A DNA stretch of 64,000 nt from assembly GCA_002269645.1 (NCBI GenBank), contig NIVC01001096.1:186001-250000 (forward strand), read 5' to 3'. This stretch comes from Macrostomum lignano. Lineage: Eukaryota. The translations under genes were made by a program, and so were the position numbers. Under the pieces are notes generated by a model, which was not told the origin of the DNA, did not search any database, and saw nothing but the letters and a program-made list of their open reading frames with translations. Positions 22,069-34,115 of the stretch are shown here, piece after piece (the stretch's first letter is position 1; each line of letters opens with the position of its first letter).

Positions 22069-23700
22069 CACCATTTTACCCTCGATTTTGAACGAGGAGA
22101 ACTTCGAAACCGACAAACTCCTCTTCAATATTGACACTCTATGGTCGGGCACTCAAAATCTACAATCAATATTGACAGATCAAGCTTCAATTTTGACAAA
22201 CTCTGGTTCAATTTTGACAATACACATTTAGTCAACTTCTCCTGGGAAAAATCGATAACAAAGTAATCCAATGAAAGCCTGAACGGGGCGAAAGTTATCT
22301 GTGCAAAATCAGCTCATTCTGACCTTGCTTTTGGGATCTACAAGTATTGATAAAAAATTTTTTCTCCATCCTCTTACACACAGAGACTAAAATAGCCTGA
22401 CTAGTTGGGCCGCAAAATCCGATTCTATTTTGACAGAGTTGCTTCAAAACTGACACTCTATGGTTTGTGTACCCCGAAAGTCCGCTTCATTTTTGACAAC
22501 TCCTAATCAATATTGAACAGTTTACAATCAGTTTTGACTGCTACCTTATTACATCTGTTCTTGGTTGTGTATGTTTCAGAAAAAAGCCGTAAACAAGTAG
22601 CATTGTTAATGATTCAAAAGAAGTATTGTACTCATATTTTTAAAAACACACATTTGTTAGATTTCTAGGTTAGGTTAGATATCTGGACATGGGCGGCGGG
22701 AGCTTGCGACCCCCTGCACGATTTCATGTGCCGTGGGCCTCCTCCTCTTTATCCCCAACTGATTCGCCAGGTGCACAAAGTCATCTCGGTTCTCATGAGC
22801 AGAAATCAGGCGCTGTCGGTCCTGGGAGGACACAGACCGATTTTTGCGGCGGCCATGCTGTTTCTGCTCCTCTTCAAAAAACCTTAAATAGCGTCGCTAT
22901 CAATCATCCTGACTAAATTAGTTCTTCAGATTAGCGATTAAAAGTGAAAAACACGAGCAGAGCGAGAACTGCTTTCCTGCTCTTTTGAATTCCTCCGTGA
23001 CAAGATGCGCATTCGTTGGTCTGACCAACCATCTATGATAAAACTGAAGCAGTAGCCAATTAGATTCGAGGCGCAGGCTGCCTCAAGACATAGACAAAAA
23101 AACAAACTGCCTATCAGCGTTCAAAGCGTTCTGAACACTGATACTGCCATAGACAAAAGACTGCCTCGAAATTTCTAAGCTTAACGATTCTTAGTTAGAA
23201 TTGTCAAAATCTTAGGCAAAAAGTCTATTAGTCAAAACTGATTGTAAACTGTTCAATATTGATTAGGAGTTGTCAAAAATGAAGCGGACTTTCGGGGTAC
23301 ACAAACCATAGAGTGTCAGTTTTGAAGCAACTCTGTCAAAATAGAATCGGATTTTGCGGCCCAACCAGTCAGGCTATTTTAGTCTCTGTGTGTAAGAGGA
23401 TGGAGAAAATTTTTTTTATCAATACTTGTAGATCCCAAAAGCAAGGTCAGAATGAGCTGATTTTGCACAGATAACTTTCGCCCCGTTCAGGCTTTCATTG
23501 GATTACTTTGTTATCGATTTTTCCCAGGAGAAGTTGACTAAATGTGTATTGTCAAAATTGAACCAGAGTTTGTCAAAATTGAAGCTTGATCTGTCAATAT
23601 TGATTGTAGATTTTGAGTGCCCGACCATAGAGTGTCAATATTGAAGAGGAGTTTGTCGGTTTCGAAGTTCTCCTTGTTCAAAATCGAGGGTAAAATGGTG
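22069..23700. mobile_element. Foldback DNA element, 1632 bp, 471-bp near-perfect TIRs, CACC...GGTG termini, flanked by TA
   Basis: 22069-22539 is the reverse complement of 23230-23700 with only a few mismatches; TA at 22067-22068 and 23701-23702; 690-bp spacer with no transposase. Confidence 0.9.
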
Positions 23701-23829
23701 TAGCTACAGCTTAGGTATACGTGCAATATTCAGATGAAATTTAATAAAGTCAAATAATCTCACTAACCCAAACTGTAGGAATAATACGCATCTATTGGGG
23801 ATTGAGACAGAATATCCTGCGTCGAAATA

Positions 23830-24135
23830 TTTTGAGCCGCGGCAAACGCGTCCGAATTTCGCGTCCCGACTCCTGGTTGGATTCTGTGCGCTGCCACATT
23901 AATTTGGGGCTTGTGCAGTCCACGAAAATTGGCCCAGCTGTTGTCGTGAGATTCACAGCCATGAGGGCCAGCCCCCAAGGCGCGGAGAGAGTGCACATGC
24001 CTGACGATCAGACAGTCAGAGCCGCTGTACACCCTGTGTGAGCGTGTGCATGAGTGCGTGCGTGCGTACAGTATCGGTATGCTTGCATGTGCTTAGGAGT
24101 CAGCGGAATGGTCAGACTGAAACGCCTAAATCCCA
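23830..24135 (+). mobile_element. Diverged copy of SINE family 1
   Basis: Shares GCCACATTAATTTGGGGC, CCCCCAAGGCGC, GCCGCTGTACAC and GAGTCRGCGGAATGG with 4018-4387; boundaries approximate. Confidence 0.75.
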
Positions 24136-24724
24136 CTTACGGTACACGAGTTTATTGATCGTAGCACACGTAATTTTTATCAGCTTCTCTGCCCCCGGGG
24201 TAGTCCCAGAATGGTTTATTACAGAAACCGTGTCAGTGAAGTCCGTTATTTAGAACGATACTCGTATTGAATAGTTCCCGACGGAAGTGTACAAGCTTAT
24301 TAATAAATTATTGATGCAACTAACAAGCGCAACTGTATGCATGCACAAATTAACCAGAACCCACGCTAGTGTTTTAGCCTACAAGCGTAACAGCCATTTG
24401 ATAGCTACGACGATATTGATTTGTAAATGTCCATGTCCAGAAAAGAATCCAGCTGGAGACGAAATAACAGAGGCCGTTCTATATACTAGCTAGTTTAAAA
24501 TTTATTGGAGAGCAAGGTAAAGCATAGCCGGGGTATGACTTGAATTTGTAACCATACATGCCGTGTAATGTCCTGCTATGCATTATTTTAAGCGATCGAA
24601 ACGTCGTTAGTCTGTACTGACGTCATTATAGTTTTATGGCTCTTAAGAAAGCTTTTAAACGGCTCAACTTTTAGATGCTCAGTTTCAAGACGAGATAACA
24701 GGGCGAGGAGTCCGAGAGCTGCAA

Positions 24725-25954
24725 ATGGCCGATAAAAACCTAAATAGATTCGATCGCAGTCGCAATCAGGAATGGAGCATCCGGGTGCTACTGTGCGGAC
24801 CTGTCGACTGCGCGATATCATTTGGGCCCTACAAAGGCCATTGGATTGGCAGTCCTGAAAAGTTGGAATACTTCACTAGAAGAGGCTGGATCGGTGTGCC
24901 GCTGTTCGATCGCTCAAACGATGAAGAGGTGCTTCAGCGCATCCGTCAGAATCTGCAGTGCATGTCTAGCGACGCCGTTAGGTGTCAAGCAATTTGGACT
25001 GAGAAAGAAAAGAAGGAGAGTCGCTTCAACATGAGTCTTGAAATCGGAGATTTGTACTTCTTTGACAACAGCTTCGACTTCAGTCGCGTTCCCGGTCCGC
25101 GCTTGGGAGACTTCAACAGGCTCCTTGACACGGGCACCTTCTCGGAGGTGCGACGCCTTCTTGAGAGCTACTTCACACTGAGAGTCAACCAAGACAAAAT
25201 GTTTTTCTCTTCAACTTTCACGCCAAAAAATATTTGCGTCAGTCGCGACACGATTGAGGCATTCCTTCAAACGAAAGGCTTCGAAATCAATCAGAACGAG
25301 GAGCGCAGTCTGACCACAAGCCTCGAAGGTGCCAACCAAAAATTTGAGCTATTTTTCAATCCTGCGAATCTTCAACTGCGAGACATCAAAATGGTAACCC
25401 AGAAGTGGAACCTGGACTTCGTCACTCCGAAGGGCAAAGACTACAGCGGCTCGTTTAGCGAGGCCGCTGACTTTCGACTTCAGTTCGACACTTCCTGTAC
25501 AAGCGACTCTGGCAAAATCGTTACCGATAGTCTCATCGCGGAAGGATTCGTTTTGAAAGAGCTGAAGCAATTGTTCGAGAGAGTTAATAAGGCACAGAGA
25601 GACGTAGTGGATGCCTCTGATGATGCAGAGCTGTGGGAAGGCGCAGATCGTTGCTACCGACTCAAACTGCCACGCCTGCTAGATCGACTAGAAGAACCGA
25701 GTCAGCAGCTCAGTAGGTCCTTCGTTCGACGCCATGACCGATGGCCTTTCGTTGTTAAGCTACTCAAGATTCGCGTTTTCGAATTGGACGAATCAGCGGG
25801 AATATTCGTGCAGCAGAGTGTGCAGTTCCGGGTTACAGCAGGTCTGGACTGCTCCCTGGACCCGGAGGTCCTTGGCGATTCGGAGTTCGGAAGCTACTTG
25901 TGGGAGTGCTGCCAGCTCATGCAGGACATGTTGGCCTCTACCTTGAAGTCCTGA
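24725..25954 (+). CDS. Intronless 409-aa protein (paralog C, diverged) of the same unassigned family
   Basis: Open ORF; colinear motifs with paralogs A/B (VLLCGP, IGDLYF, PGPRLGDF, KWNLDFVTPKG, ADFRLQF, RRHDRWP, LDPEVLGD, WECCQLMQD). Confidence 0.88.
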   Translation: MADKNLNRFDRSRNQEWSIRVLLCGPVDCAISFGPYKGHWIGSPEKLEYFTRRGWIGVPLFDRSNDEEVLQRIRQNLQCMSSDAVRCQAIWTEKEKKESRFNMSLEIGDLYFFDNSFDFSRVPGPRLGDFNRLLDTGTFSEVRRLLESYFTLRVNQDKMFFSSTFTPKNICVSRDTIEAFLQTKGFEINQNEERSLTTSLEGANQKFELFFNPANLQLRDIKMVTQKWNLDFVTPKGKDYSGSFSEAADFRLQFDTSCTSDSGKIVTDSLIAEGFVLKELKQLFERVNKAQRDVVDASDDAELWEGADRCYRLKLPRLLDRLEEPSQQLSRSFVRRHDRWPFVVKLLKIRVFELDESAGIFVQQSVQFRVTAGLDCSLDPEVLGDSEFGSYLWECCQLMQDMLASTLKS

Positions 25955-26209
25955 TGGACAGAGTCAGAGATGATTTACTTTGACAGTCAGTTTATTTCAC
26001 AAACGTTTTTTTCAGCGATGGACAATATATAGTCAGTAATTTCCTATTTAACCCCTAATCATCTCTTTTTGTTTTTCTTCTTTTCTTGTACTGATTTTAC
26101 GTATATTCAACGTAATTAATATTCTGATTTTTTCAGCCTCTTTTTCCATTGTTTTGCTGAACTACGAGTTCTACGAGAACTACGAGCGGCTGAATTTCGT
26201 GAAACAAGA

Positions 26210-26315
26210 GGGGTGCAGCCTAGTAGTTAGGGCGTCCGACACACGAATTGAAGGTCAGGGGTTAAATTCCCCATCCCACTGGAACAATTTGTGTCCTTGT
26301 GCAAGACAGTTAAGG
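26210..26315 (+). mobile_element. Truncated tRNA-derived SINE (family 2)
   Basis: tRNA-like head followed by GGAACAATTTGTGTCCTTG(T/A)GCAAGACA, shared with 36392-36550; another head fragment on the minus strand at about 17460-17515. Confidence 0.65.
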
Positions 26316-27109
26316 CAGGTGCAATAAATTATTTTTCTTAGAAGTGCTGAATATTTTCTATAGTTTCACGTTTAAATTTTGTGTGCCTAAACTTTTTGCG
26401 TTATTCTTCGGCCGTTAAACAAAACGATTATCTTAACAGATCGATTTTTATCAATTTATGCTAATTAACAATTCAAAAAGAGTATGTACTGCTTCGATGG
26501 TTCTACATGTATCAGAAATTGGCCCAGAAGTTGCTGCGACTGGCATCCTGCACAATAAAAAGAGTACATTAGAGTTTGTCATGTTTTGTCCACTGTCTTA
26601 GCCAAAAGATGTGTACAAAAACGCTTAACGTTTGGACTGAAATGGCTAAGATAGTTTACGCGCGCGGCTGAATTTCGTTAAAACCAAGTGAGCTGTGGTG
26701 TTGAGTCGGTCCGTCCAAGACTTGCAATAGACAATAAGACCTACGATAGAGCACTACTACGAGTAACACGACAGACATAAAAATTCGGTATAAGCTTTTC
26801 AGCACAAGAAGCATACGAGCTATCTGAGTTGCCATGCCTGCATTATCGTAGACTATACTGTTCAATGAAGCAGTATTTTTTCGTTACTAAATTCGTTCAA
26901 TCTCTCTGAGCACCAAGGCAGTGAAAAGAGAGAGAGAAAAGAGGTACGAAATAGCCGAGAGTTACAGTACTCATTATGTACGTTTCTTAGTTTTTGTTTT
27001 TCAAATCTTAGGTAGGGGGAGGGCGTTGAACCTTTAAATTGCAACGAAAACTTCTAAGAGTTGCTCAATTTTTTCTTGTCCAAAGCTGTTTCGAGGTTTC
27101 TATAGAGCA

Positions 27110-27790
27110 ATGATAAAGCGGTTAATTATTAAAACCAGCAGCCACAAATGCCTACTTCTAATAGCAGCCGTTATTCTGGCAATTTTCGCCAACACATCTG
27201 GCGCAATTTCACGGAGCTGTTCAAGAGGCTCCTACTTCAACAGCTTGAGCGGCATGTGCGACCCCTGCCCAACAGAATGCTTGACGAGTCCCCAGTCACC
27301 AAACGTGACCGATTACATGCGACGGAAGTGCCAGAAGCTGGCAGACCAGTGTTCACCAAATCTAGCGACTAGCAAGTCCGGTTCAACCTCATCAACGCCA
27401 ACATCTGACAGTCCAGTGAGTAAGAGTCCAAAAAACTCTGAAGCCGGAGTCAACAATGAAGACAGGCAAGCACCGCCAGACGATCGCTATGGTCATAAGG
27501 CTGCTGGTGGGATTGTTGGAGCTGCTATTCTACTGCTTATTTTTGTCCCAGTCGGTAAAAAGCTGCGATCAATAATAATTCGAAATAGAAGACCTGGAGA
27601 AAGCAACATACCGATGCAGAACATCAAGGAAAACTCAGATGCAGCTTCAGCCACCCTGCTCTCTGGCTCGAATAATACTCAAGAACCGAACGGTTTTCAA
27701 ATTAATGAGGAAGCAACTGCCGACGACAAAGTTACCAGCCAGCCTGACAATCCACCTGAAGACCCTCCAGCAGTACCTAATGTTGAGTAA
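27110..27790 (+). CDS. Single-CRD TNF-receptor-like type I membrane protein (copy 1, 226 aa)
   Basis: Hydrophobic signal peptide; CRD CSRGSYFNSLSGMCDPCPTEC...C...C resembles the BCMA/TACI/Grindelwald CxxxxYFxxLxxxCxxCxxxC pattern; Ser/Thr stalk; TM GGIVGAAILLLIFVPVG followed by KKLR. Confidence 0.75.
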   Translation: MIKRLIIKTSSHKCLLLIAAVILAIFANTSGAISRSCSRGSYFNSLSGMCDPCPTECLTSPQSPNVTDYMRRKCQKLADQCSPNLATSKSGSTSSTPTSDSPVSKSPKNSEAGVNNEDRQAPPDDRYGHKAAGGIVGAAILLLIFVPVGKKLRSIIIRNRRPGESNIPMQNIKENSDAASATLLSGSNNTQEPNGFQINEEATADDKVTSQPDNPPEDPPAVPNVE

Positions 27791-28512
27791 GCATGCACGC
27801 ATCCAGTCACTTATCATTTAGGCATGGTGAACCAATTGACTAATGATGGAGATGTTACTACCATAACGAACGACGCATAATGTGCTTGAGAAAATACACA
27901 AGTAGCTAATGTAGCTTATGCGTACTTAAATTTCGTAGCATAGGACACAACTTGTGCCATAGACGAAACAGGCGTGATGACACCGCGGCATTAAAAATCG
28001 GCTTCAACTTTTCGTCTTTATTGGCCCTCTGTGTACAAGTACTCTGGTAGCGTCCTTCTACAGGTACTCCGATCCAGTTTTCACTGCATCTAGTAAATGT
28101 TGGATTGGCAAAGCTTGAACCTAACGTTTTATACTTAGTACTGCAATCTGTGAACAAAATGTATTATTTAAATTGTACATGTTTTACTGTGATTACTACT
28201 GAATTCAGCTCGTATGCAACAGCATTAATATAAAGTACATTCTAGTTCATAATATTGCAATCAATGTATTTACCCTATTTAATTGTCAATTCGTCAGTAA
28301 ACGTTGCGTAGTTCTAAAACATTGGCTTGTCATTTGAAAATATCTGAAAGTAACTGTTGTTTATAGTAAACACTAACACAATTCTAACACTATTTAATTG
28401 AATGTATAATATATAGTCAGTTGAGTCAGTTAAGTAATGTACTGTGTAGTATATTCCGTAGTGTGTAGCAAACAGAAAAATACTGTTATTGCTGTTAGTC
28501 TTCATTTTCCGC

Positions 28513-29063
<551 letters not shown>

Positions 29064-29564
29064 GCCATCAATATTTGGCAGGTAATCATTCGCTACGATG
29101 TTTGGTAGTCTCTAATAAAATATTACCAGTCTACTAGGTACTACTTCCAAAAATGCAGTCGCTAACACCTAAAAAAGGAAAAACCAAAGGCCCAATAGTA
29201 CGTCTGCCAGCAAAGTTCCCTTTTTCGCTGTACAGAGCTATGCTGTACATTTATCAGCTCTGTCTTCGCAGTTCTGTCCAAGCGTAAATGTACACTTACG
29301 CCTAAACTATGTAGGCGTTGACTGGCTCTGCACAAGTGAGTGGCAGAGGACTAGCTCGCATCTGGCTTGGGTAAAGTCTAAAAATAGATCTTATTTACGC
29401 TTCAAGAGAACCCCAATCCCGACAGTTTACAAGCTGTACAATCTGGCAAGCTCTAAATGTACGTAGCAAGCTTTCAAAGAGGAATGACTGCACACAGAAA
29501 ATATGGGCTTGACTACTTGTTATTTCTTTTATAATTTTTGACTGTTGACGAATAAAAGTTTAAT

Positions 29565-30182
29565 ATGGCTATCAATCTGCGCGCACAGTCAGGGATATTG
29601 TGGGCTTTTGTATGCCTGTACATAGTCTCGAGGGCTTCGGCAGTTCCAGCGGTGACGAGATGTCGCGCAGACCAGTACTACAACAGTTTGAGCCAAATAT
29701 GCGAATCGTGTCCAGAGGAATGCCTGCTCGGAACAGTTAGAACAGCTTGCACTGGCATGGCTAGCCAATGCCAACCGCTGACAACAACTACTCTGACCGT
29801 TGTGACGACGCATGAAGTGACGACAACAAGTCAGAACTCGTCGGGCGCTGACGTGGAGAACTCGTGGATCATCATTGTCCTAACAACGATTGGCATCCTA
29901 CTGTTCTGTTTGTTAGTCTTTTTATTTTGTAGATTCTTTGCTTTTAAAAGAATGGATAAATATTTGAGACTAAAGCTGCACCGAGCTGGAGAGGCTACAG
30001 TGCCAGCACCGGAGACAGCTGGGCCTGAAGAGTCGGAGCCTTTGGCAAAGCCAGCATCGGCATCATCCTGTCAAGAACGTGCAGAACAACACGAAGTCAG
30101 TGCGCAGGCTAGCGCTGGCCAACACGCTAAAACCATTTCTGCACCAAAAATTCCAGGACTCGATGCAGATGATCGTTATTAA
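29565..30182 (+). CDS. Single-CRD TNF-receptor-like type I membrane protein (copy 2, 205 aa)
   Basis: Signal peptide; CRD CRADQYYNSLSQICESCPEEC...C...C; Thr-rich stalk; TM IIIVLTTIGILLFCLLVFLFC; tail contains VPAPET and SCQE (TRAF-motif-like). Confidence 0.78.
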   Translation: MAINLRAQSGILWAFVCLYIVSRASAVPAVTRCRADQYYNSLSQICESCPEECLLGTVRTACTGMASQCQPLTTTTLTVVTTHEVTTTSQNSSGADVENSWIIIVLTTIGILLFCLLVFLFCRFFAFKRMDKYLRLKLHRAGEATVPAPETAGPEESEPLAKPASASSCQERAEQHEVSAQASAGQHAKTISAPKIPGLDADDRY

Positions 30183-31033
30183 AAAATAGCAATTCTCATG
30201 TTGCGAATGGCCATGTTGAAAAAAACTTTCCAAACTGACTCTTATCCATTGCCTTGTTACTTATTATCGTTCAATATTTTGGCATATAGAAGTGAACACG
30301 TGTCATATCTCTCTATCTACAAATTTGAACACTTTTTCTTTGAATATTCGTACTTTTCTGTAATACCACAGCTATATTCTACAGAGGCAAAATGCAATGT
30401 ACTGCATGCAAGCTACAAATCAAAATAAACATCTTGCACGTCGACAAACAACTGTAAATAGCAGTTACCCCCTCATTCCTCTTAAACGTCATATGCGTGC
30501 TGTACAGAAATTAATAAATCTGTTTTTCCTCAACAAAAGTTGTCTATGGCGAAAACCCCATTCAGCACTTATGCATTCTCTTTAGAGCATACTGAATGCA
30601 CTGGCGATACGGCAGATACGTAAAAGATATTTTATGGGTTTGAGTTCGGTTTGTGATTAAATCCCGAGAGCCGAAGGAAGTGAAATACCGACCGAAAAAC
30701 CCATAGAATATCTTATTTAAACTACTTTAATTTTGCGGGATGTATTCAGATAAATCCCAGAGCTATACTTGTATGTCTATGGTTGAAGTTGGGGATGGGG
30801 GTGTGGAGGCGAAGCCCCTGCTGGGGGTGTGGGGGCGAAGCCCCCACATTCTTACCATAGACAAAGTTTCATTAAGAAATTTCTCGAGTCACGAAGGAAG
30901 AGAAGAGAGAAGCTCGCTTATTTAGATACATACAATAATCCTTGCAATATGTTCGGGAAAGTGATCGATATTATCCCGCAAAATAAAATCTATGTCAATA
31001 ACCTCCCTGAAAGTGAGCTTTGAAGTGGTTTAA

Positions 31034-31218
31034 CCGCCAGCAGTCTGATGGTAAGCAGTGCTTACCACGCTGACACTCCAATCCAAGTCTAAACTTTCGC
31101 GAGTGAGGAAAGTCTCTATAAGTCTATGGCTGGCCACAGGCCGTTCCGGTCGGCTATGGTAAGCAGAGCTTGCCATAGAATTGAAGTTAGGAAAATCAGA
31201 TTGAGCAGCTCTTCAAAA

Positions 31219-31250
<32 letters not shown>

Positions 31251-33565
31251 TCAGCCATTAGGGGTCATGGACAAATATTTATTCAAAAACGAACTAGCTT
31301 TACTTTTATCCTTCCAAATAAAAATTTGTCATTTGCCTTTTATACCGCAGTTGGTTGAAATCTGCTACAGATTATTCACGGTCTGGAAACAACTCGACTG
31401 AAGAAAAAATCATACGAAAAATATTTTAACAAAGTAAAACAAAAGTAAGCAGATCGTACAGATCGTACATTTAGATGCAAAAGTACTCCAAAACGCAAAA
31501 AAGAACATTGTGATATGTGTTAGACAACTTTAAACTTTAAATAAACATAATAACTCAGTAAACTTACAAACTACATTAAAATATACTGACTTGCATTATA
31601 TTTTGACTAAGTTCGAGTGAACAGTTGCCTTCAAATAGATTCATTAAGGCAGACTTAGTCCAAATCGCAGTCGAAGATCAGGCATGCCACTGCTGAAAGC
31701 AGGCTTCCAAGCAGAGCCCCGGTTCCCCTGGACACTCAGGGCAGCAGTAGATCGTGCGCTTGCTGCTTCCAGCTCTGTAGCAGACACGACAGCGCTTTGT
31801 TGGTCTTGGCTGACTGTCCCGCGCCACAATCTTCGTTGGAAAGTGCGGACTGACTGGGCCACCTGGAGCGGCCTGGATGCCAGCGGCCGGGCGCTTCCTG
31901 CTCGTTCCGGTACGCTCCACCAGCTCCCGAATGCTGGCCTCAAGAAACTTGGCGAACGTCTTCTCTCCACCGCACCGGCTGTACACAATCCAAGCGTTGC
32001 GAATCATTTGAAGAAAAAGATGCAAGCCGAGCTTCAAAAACCACTTTGTAGTTTTCCTCCCTGGCAGATGAGGCTGTAGATGACTGTCCATTCTGTCAAC
32101 ACCACCCATGCACCGATTGTAGGTGAGAACTGACCTGCTCTTCTGCACCACTGTTTCTGCTCCTCCACGAACCACGCGTCTGGTTTGAACCCTCTCAGCC
32201 GCCTCTTTCGTGTCCAGCAAATACAGAGTCTTCAGGCCACTCTCCTTTCGTTCAACGATCTTGACAGCCAGCACCCCGTCTTTGCGCATGAAGGCGACGT
32301 CGTTAGGTGGAACGTGCAGCTGTCTGAGCTCAATCGGCACACCTCGGTCGGCCCGGACGGTACAAGTCAGGTGCGTTCCTTGAGTCAGCAGGTACTCTGA
32401 CAGCCGATAGGAACCGAACCATTTATCGACAAAGATGCGGTAGCCTTGGTGCAACAAGTTGTAGCAGAGCTCAACAACAATCTTCTCGCTGAAGGACAGA
32501 TTGTCTCCCTGCAACTGTTCATCGAACCGGCGGTTCTCCTCTGGGGTCGAGTGAACGCGGAAGTTGTACAGGTAGCCTGATTTGGCCTCACATGCACAAT
32601 ATAGCTTTATTCCGTACTTAGCCCGCTTCGTTGGAATATATTGCTTAAAGCGCAGGCGACCTTTGTACAGCACCAAAGACTCATCCACGCTCACATCCTC
32701 CTCGGGCCTGTACACATTAATACAAGCCTCTTTCAAAGCCTGCAGCAACGGACGGATCTTAAAGAGAGGATCGTTGACAATCGGATCCTCAGCGCAATCG
32801 TAGAAACGGAGCAGACCAAGTAGCTGCTTGAAGCGGTCCCTAGAGAGAGCTTGAGGTGCTTGAAAGTACGGCGTACTGTAGTAACTGTCTGTGCTCCAGT
32901 ACTCGTTCATTTCGGCCTTTTTATTGGAACCCATGTAAAGGCACATTCCTAACACTTTCTTTACTTCATTCGCACTGCAATCTCTCCATTGCGCAAAACT
33001 CCGAGGCAGGTCGTTGACATTGACAGAGTGGATCGCCGCCCAGGCTCTTCGATTAGTCCATTTTGCCAGGTCTTCGAAAAGGCTATTGGACAAAAAAGAC
33101 CGAGAAAAAAGGACGTTGCCTGCTCAACATCACCAGGTACGCAAATTCCTGGATTCAGTCCAGGTGTCCCTAGAAACTCGTGCACATTCGCTTGCACGTC
33201 ATGCCCAGCAACTACAGAATGCCAAGACAGCTCTTCCGTCTCTTCAGCAGTGCTCTGGCCGTCCGACTCACCATAATCGTCCTCTGACATGATGTCTTCT
33301 TCTTCATCGGACGTCATTAAGTCCGAATCGGAAAAAACTTTCAAATTCTTCCATGAGTGCAGCCATAATCTTCAGCTGTAAAACTTTCTATGTTAGTTTA
33401 TGGAGACTTAGTTTTGGGCCTTATTCATAGTCAATGTCTTTTTATCAGACTGGAATGACCACAGACTTAGCAAACCATTCTGCTGAAAGGAATAGTCTAT
33501 GGTAAGCGCTGCTTACCATCCGACCGGAACGGAGATGAATAAAATCCTCTTCAGTTCGGAAGAGG
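31034..33565 (-). mobile_element. piggyBac transposon, TTAA-flanked
   Basis: TTAA at 31030-31033 and 33566-33569; CC...GG termini; subterminal motif ATGGTAAGCAGNGCTTRCCA at about 31048-31068 and 31156-31175, with an inverted copy at about 33499-33519. The left boundary is less certain because the terminal TIRs match poorly. Confidence 0.75.
31678..33317 (-). CDS. piggyBac (PGBD4-like) transposase with one frameshift in an A/T run at about 33092-33097
   Basis: Catalytic triad VSVDES, FVDKWF, GGVDRMD; C-terminal Cys-rich domain CRVC...CCPEC...CLEACFQQWH; acidic N-terminus. Adding one T joins ORFs 32961-33344 and 31678-33093. Confidence 0.9.
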
Positions 33566-33704
33566 TTAAACGTTCCTTACCGACCTCCGATTTCTAAGAA
33601 AATCGAATGCAGCGTTCTGCTTGATTTGACCATGTAAATCGGTTAGTTACCAGGATAGCACCACGAGCGACGGCACTTTTGCATGCTCACGAGTAGTTCC
33701 ATCA

Positions 33705-33965
33705 TGCCTACTGACAAAAGTGACATTCTGACATCCTGACTGTACTGACAAAAGCGACATTCTGACATCCTGACTGTACTGACAATAGTGACATTCTGAC
33801 ATCCTGACTCTACTGACAATAGTGACATTCTGACATCCTGACTCTACTGACAATAGTGACATTCTGACATTTTGACTGTACTGACAATGTGCATGACTTC
33901 CTGACATACTGACTGTTACTGACAATTGTGAAATTCTGACATCCTGATTATACTGGCAGTCTATG
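33705..33965. repeat. 34-bp minisatellite, about 7-8 copies
   Basis: Unit CTGACATCCTGACTCTACTGACAATAGTGACATT. Confidence 0.85.
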
Positions 33966-34115
33966 ACTAGCAGAACCAAAGCTGACTAGCTAACAAAAAT
34001 GTTAGAGTTTCTTGGTTAATTGATTCGATACTTTAAAATATACAGCTTGTTTATTCGTAAAATTAAATATTCACATGGCTGTCTGAGCCAGGCATCAGAT
34101 GACAGTCTTTTTTAA

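Noticed and set aside
23995-24130. Hammerhead ribozyme (CTGACGA at 24001 ... GAAAC at 24119)
   Set aside because: The bases flanking the two core motifs do not form stem II, and the motifs are absent from the better-preserved copy at 4018-4387.
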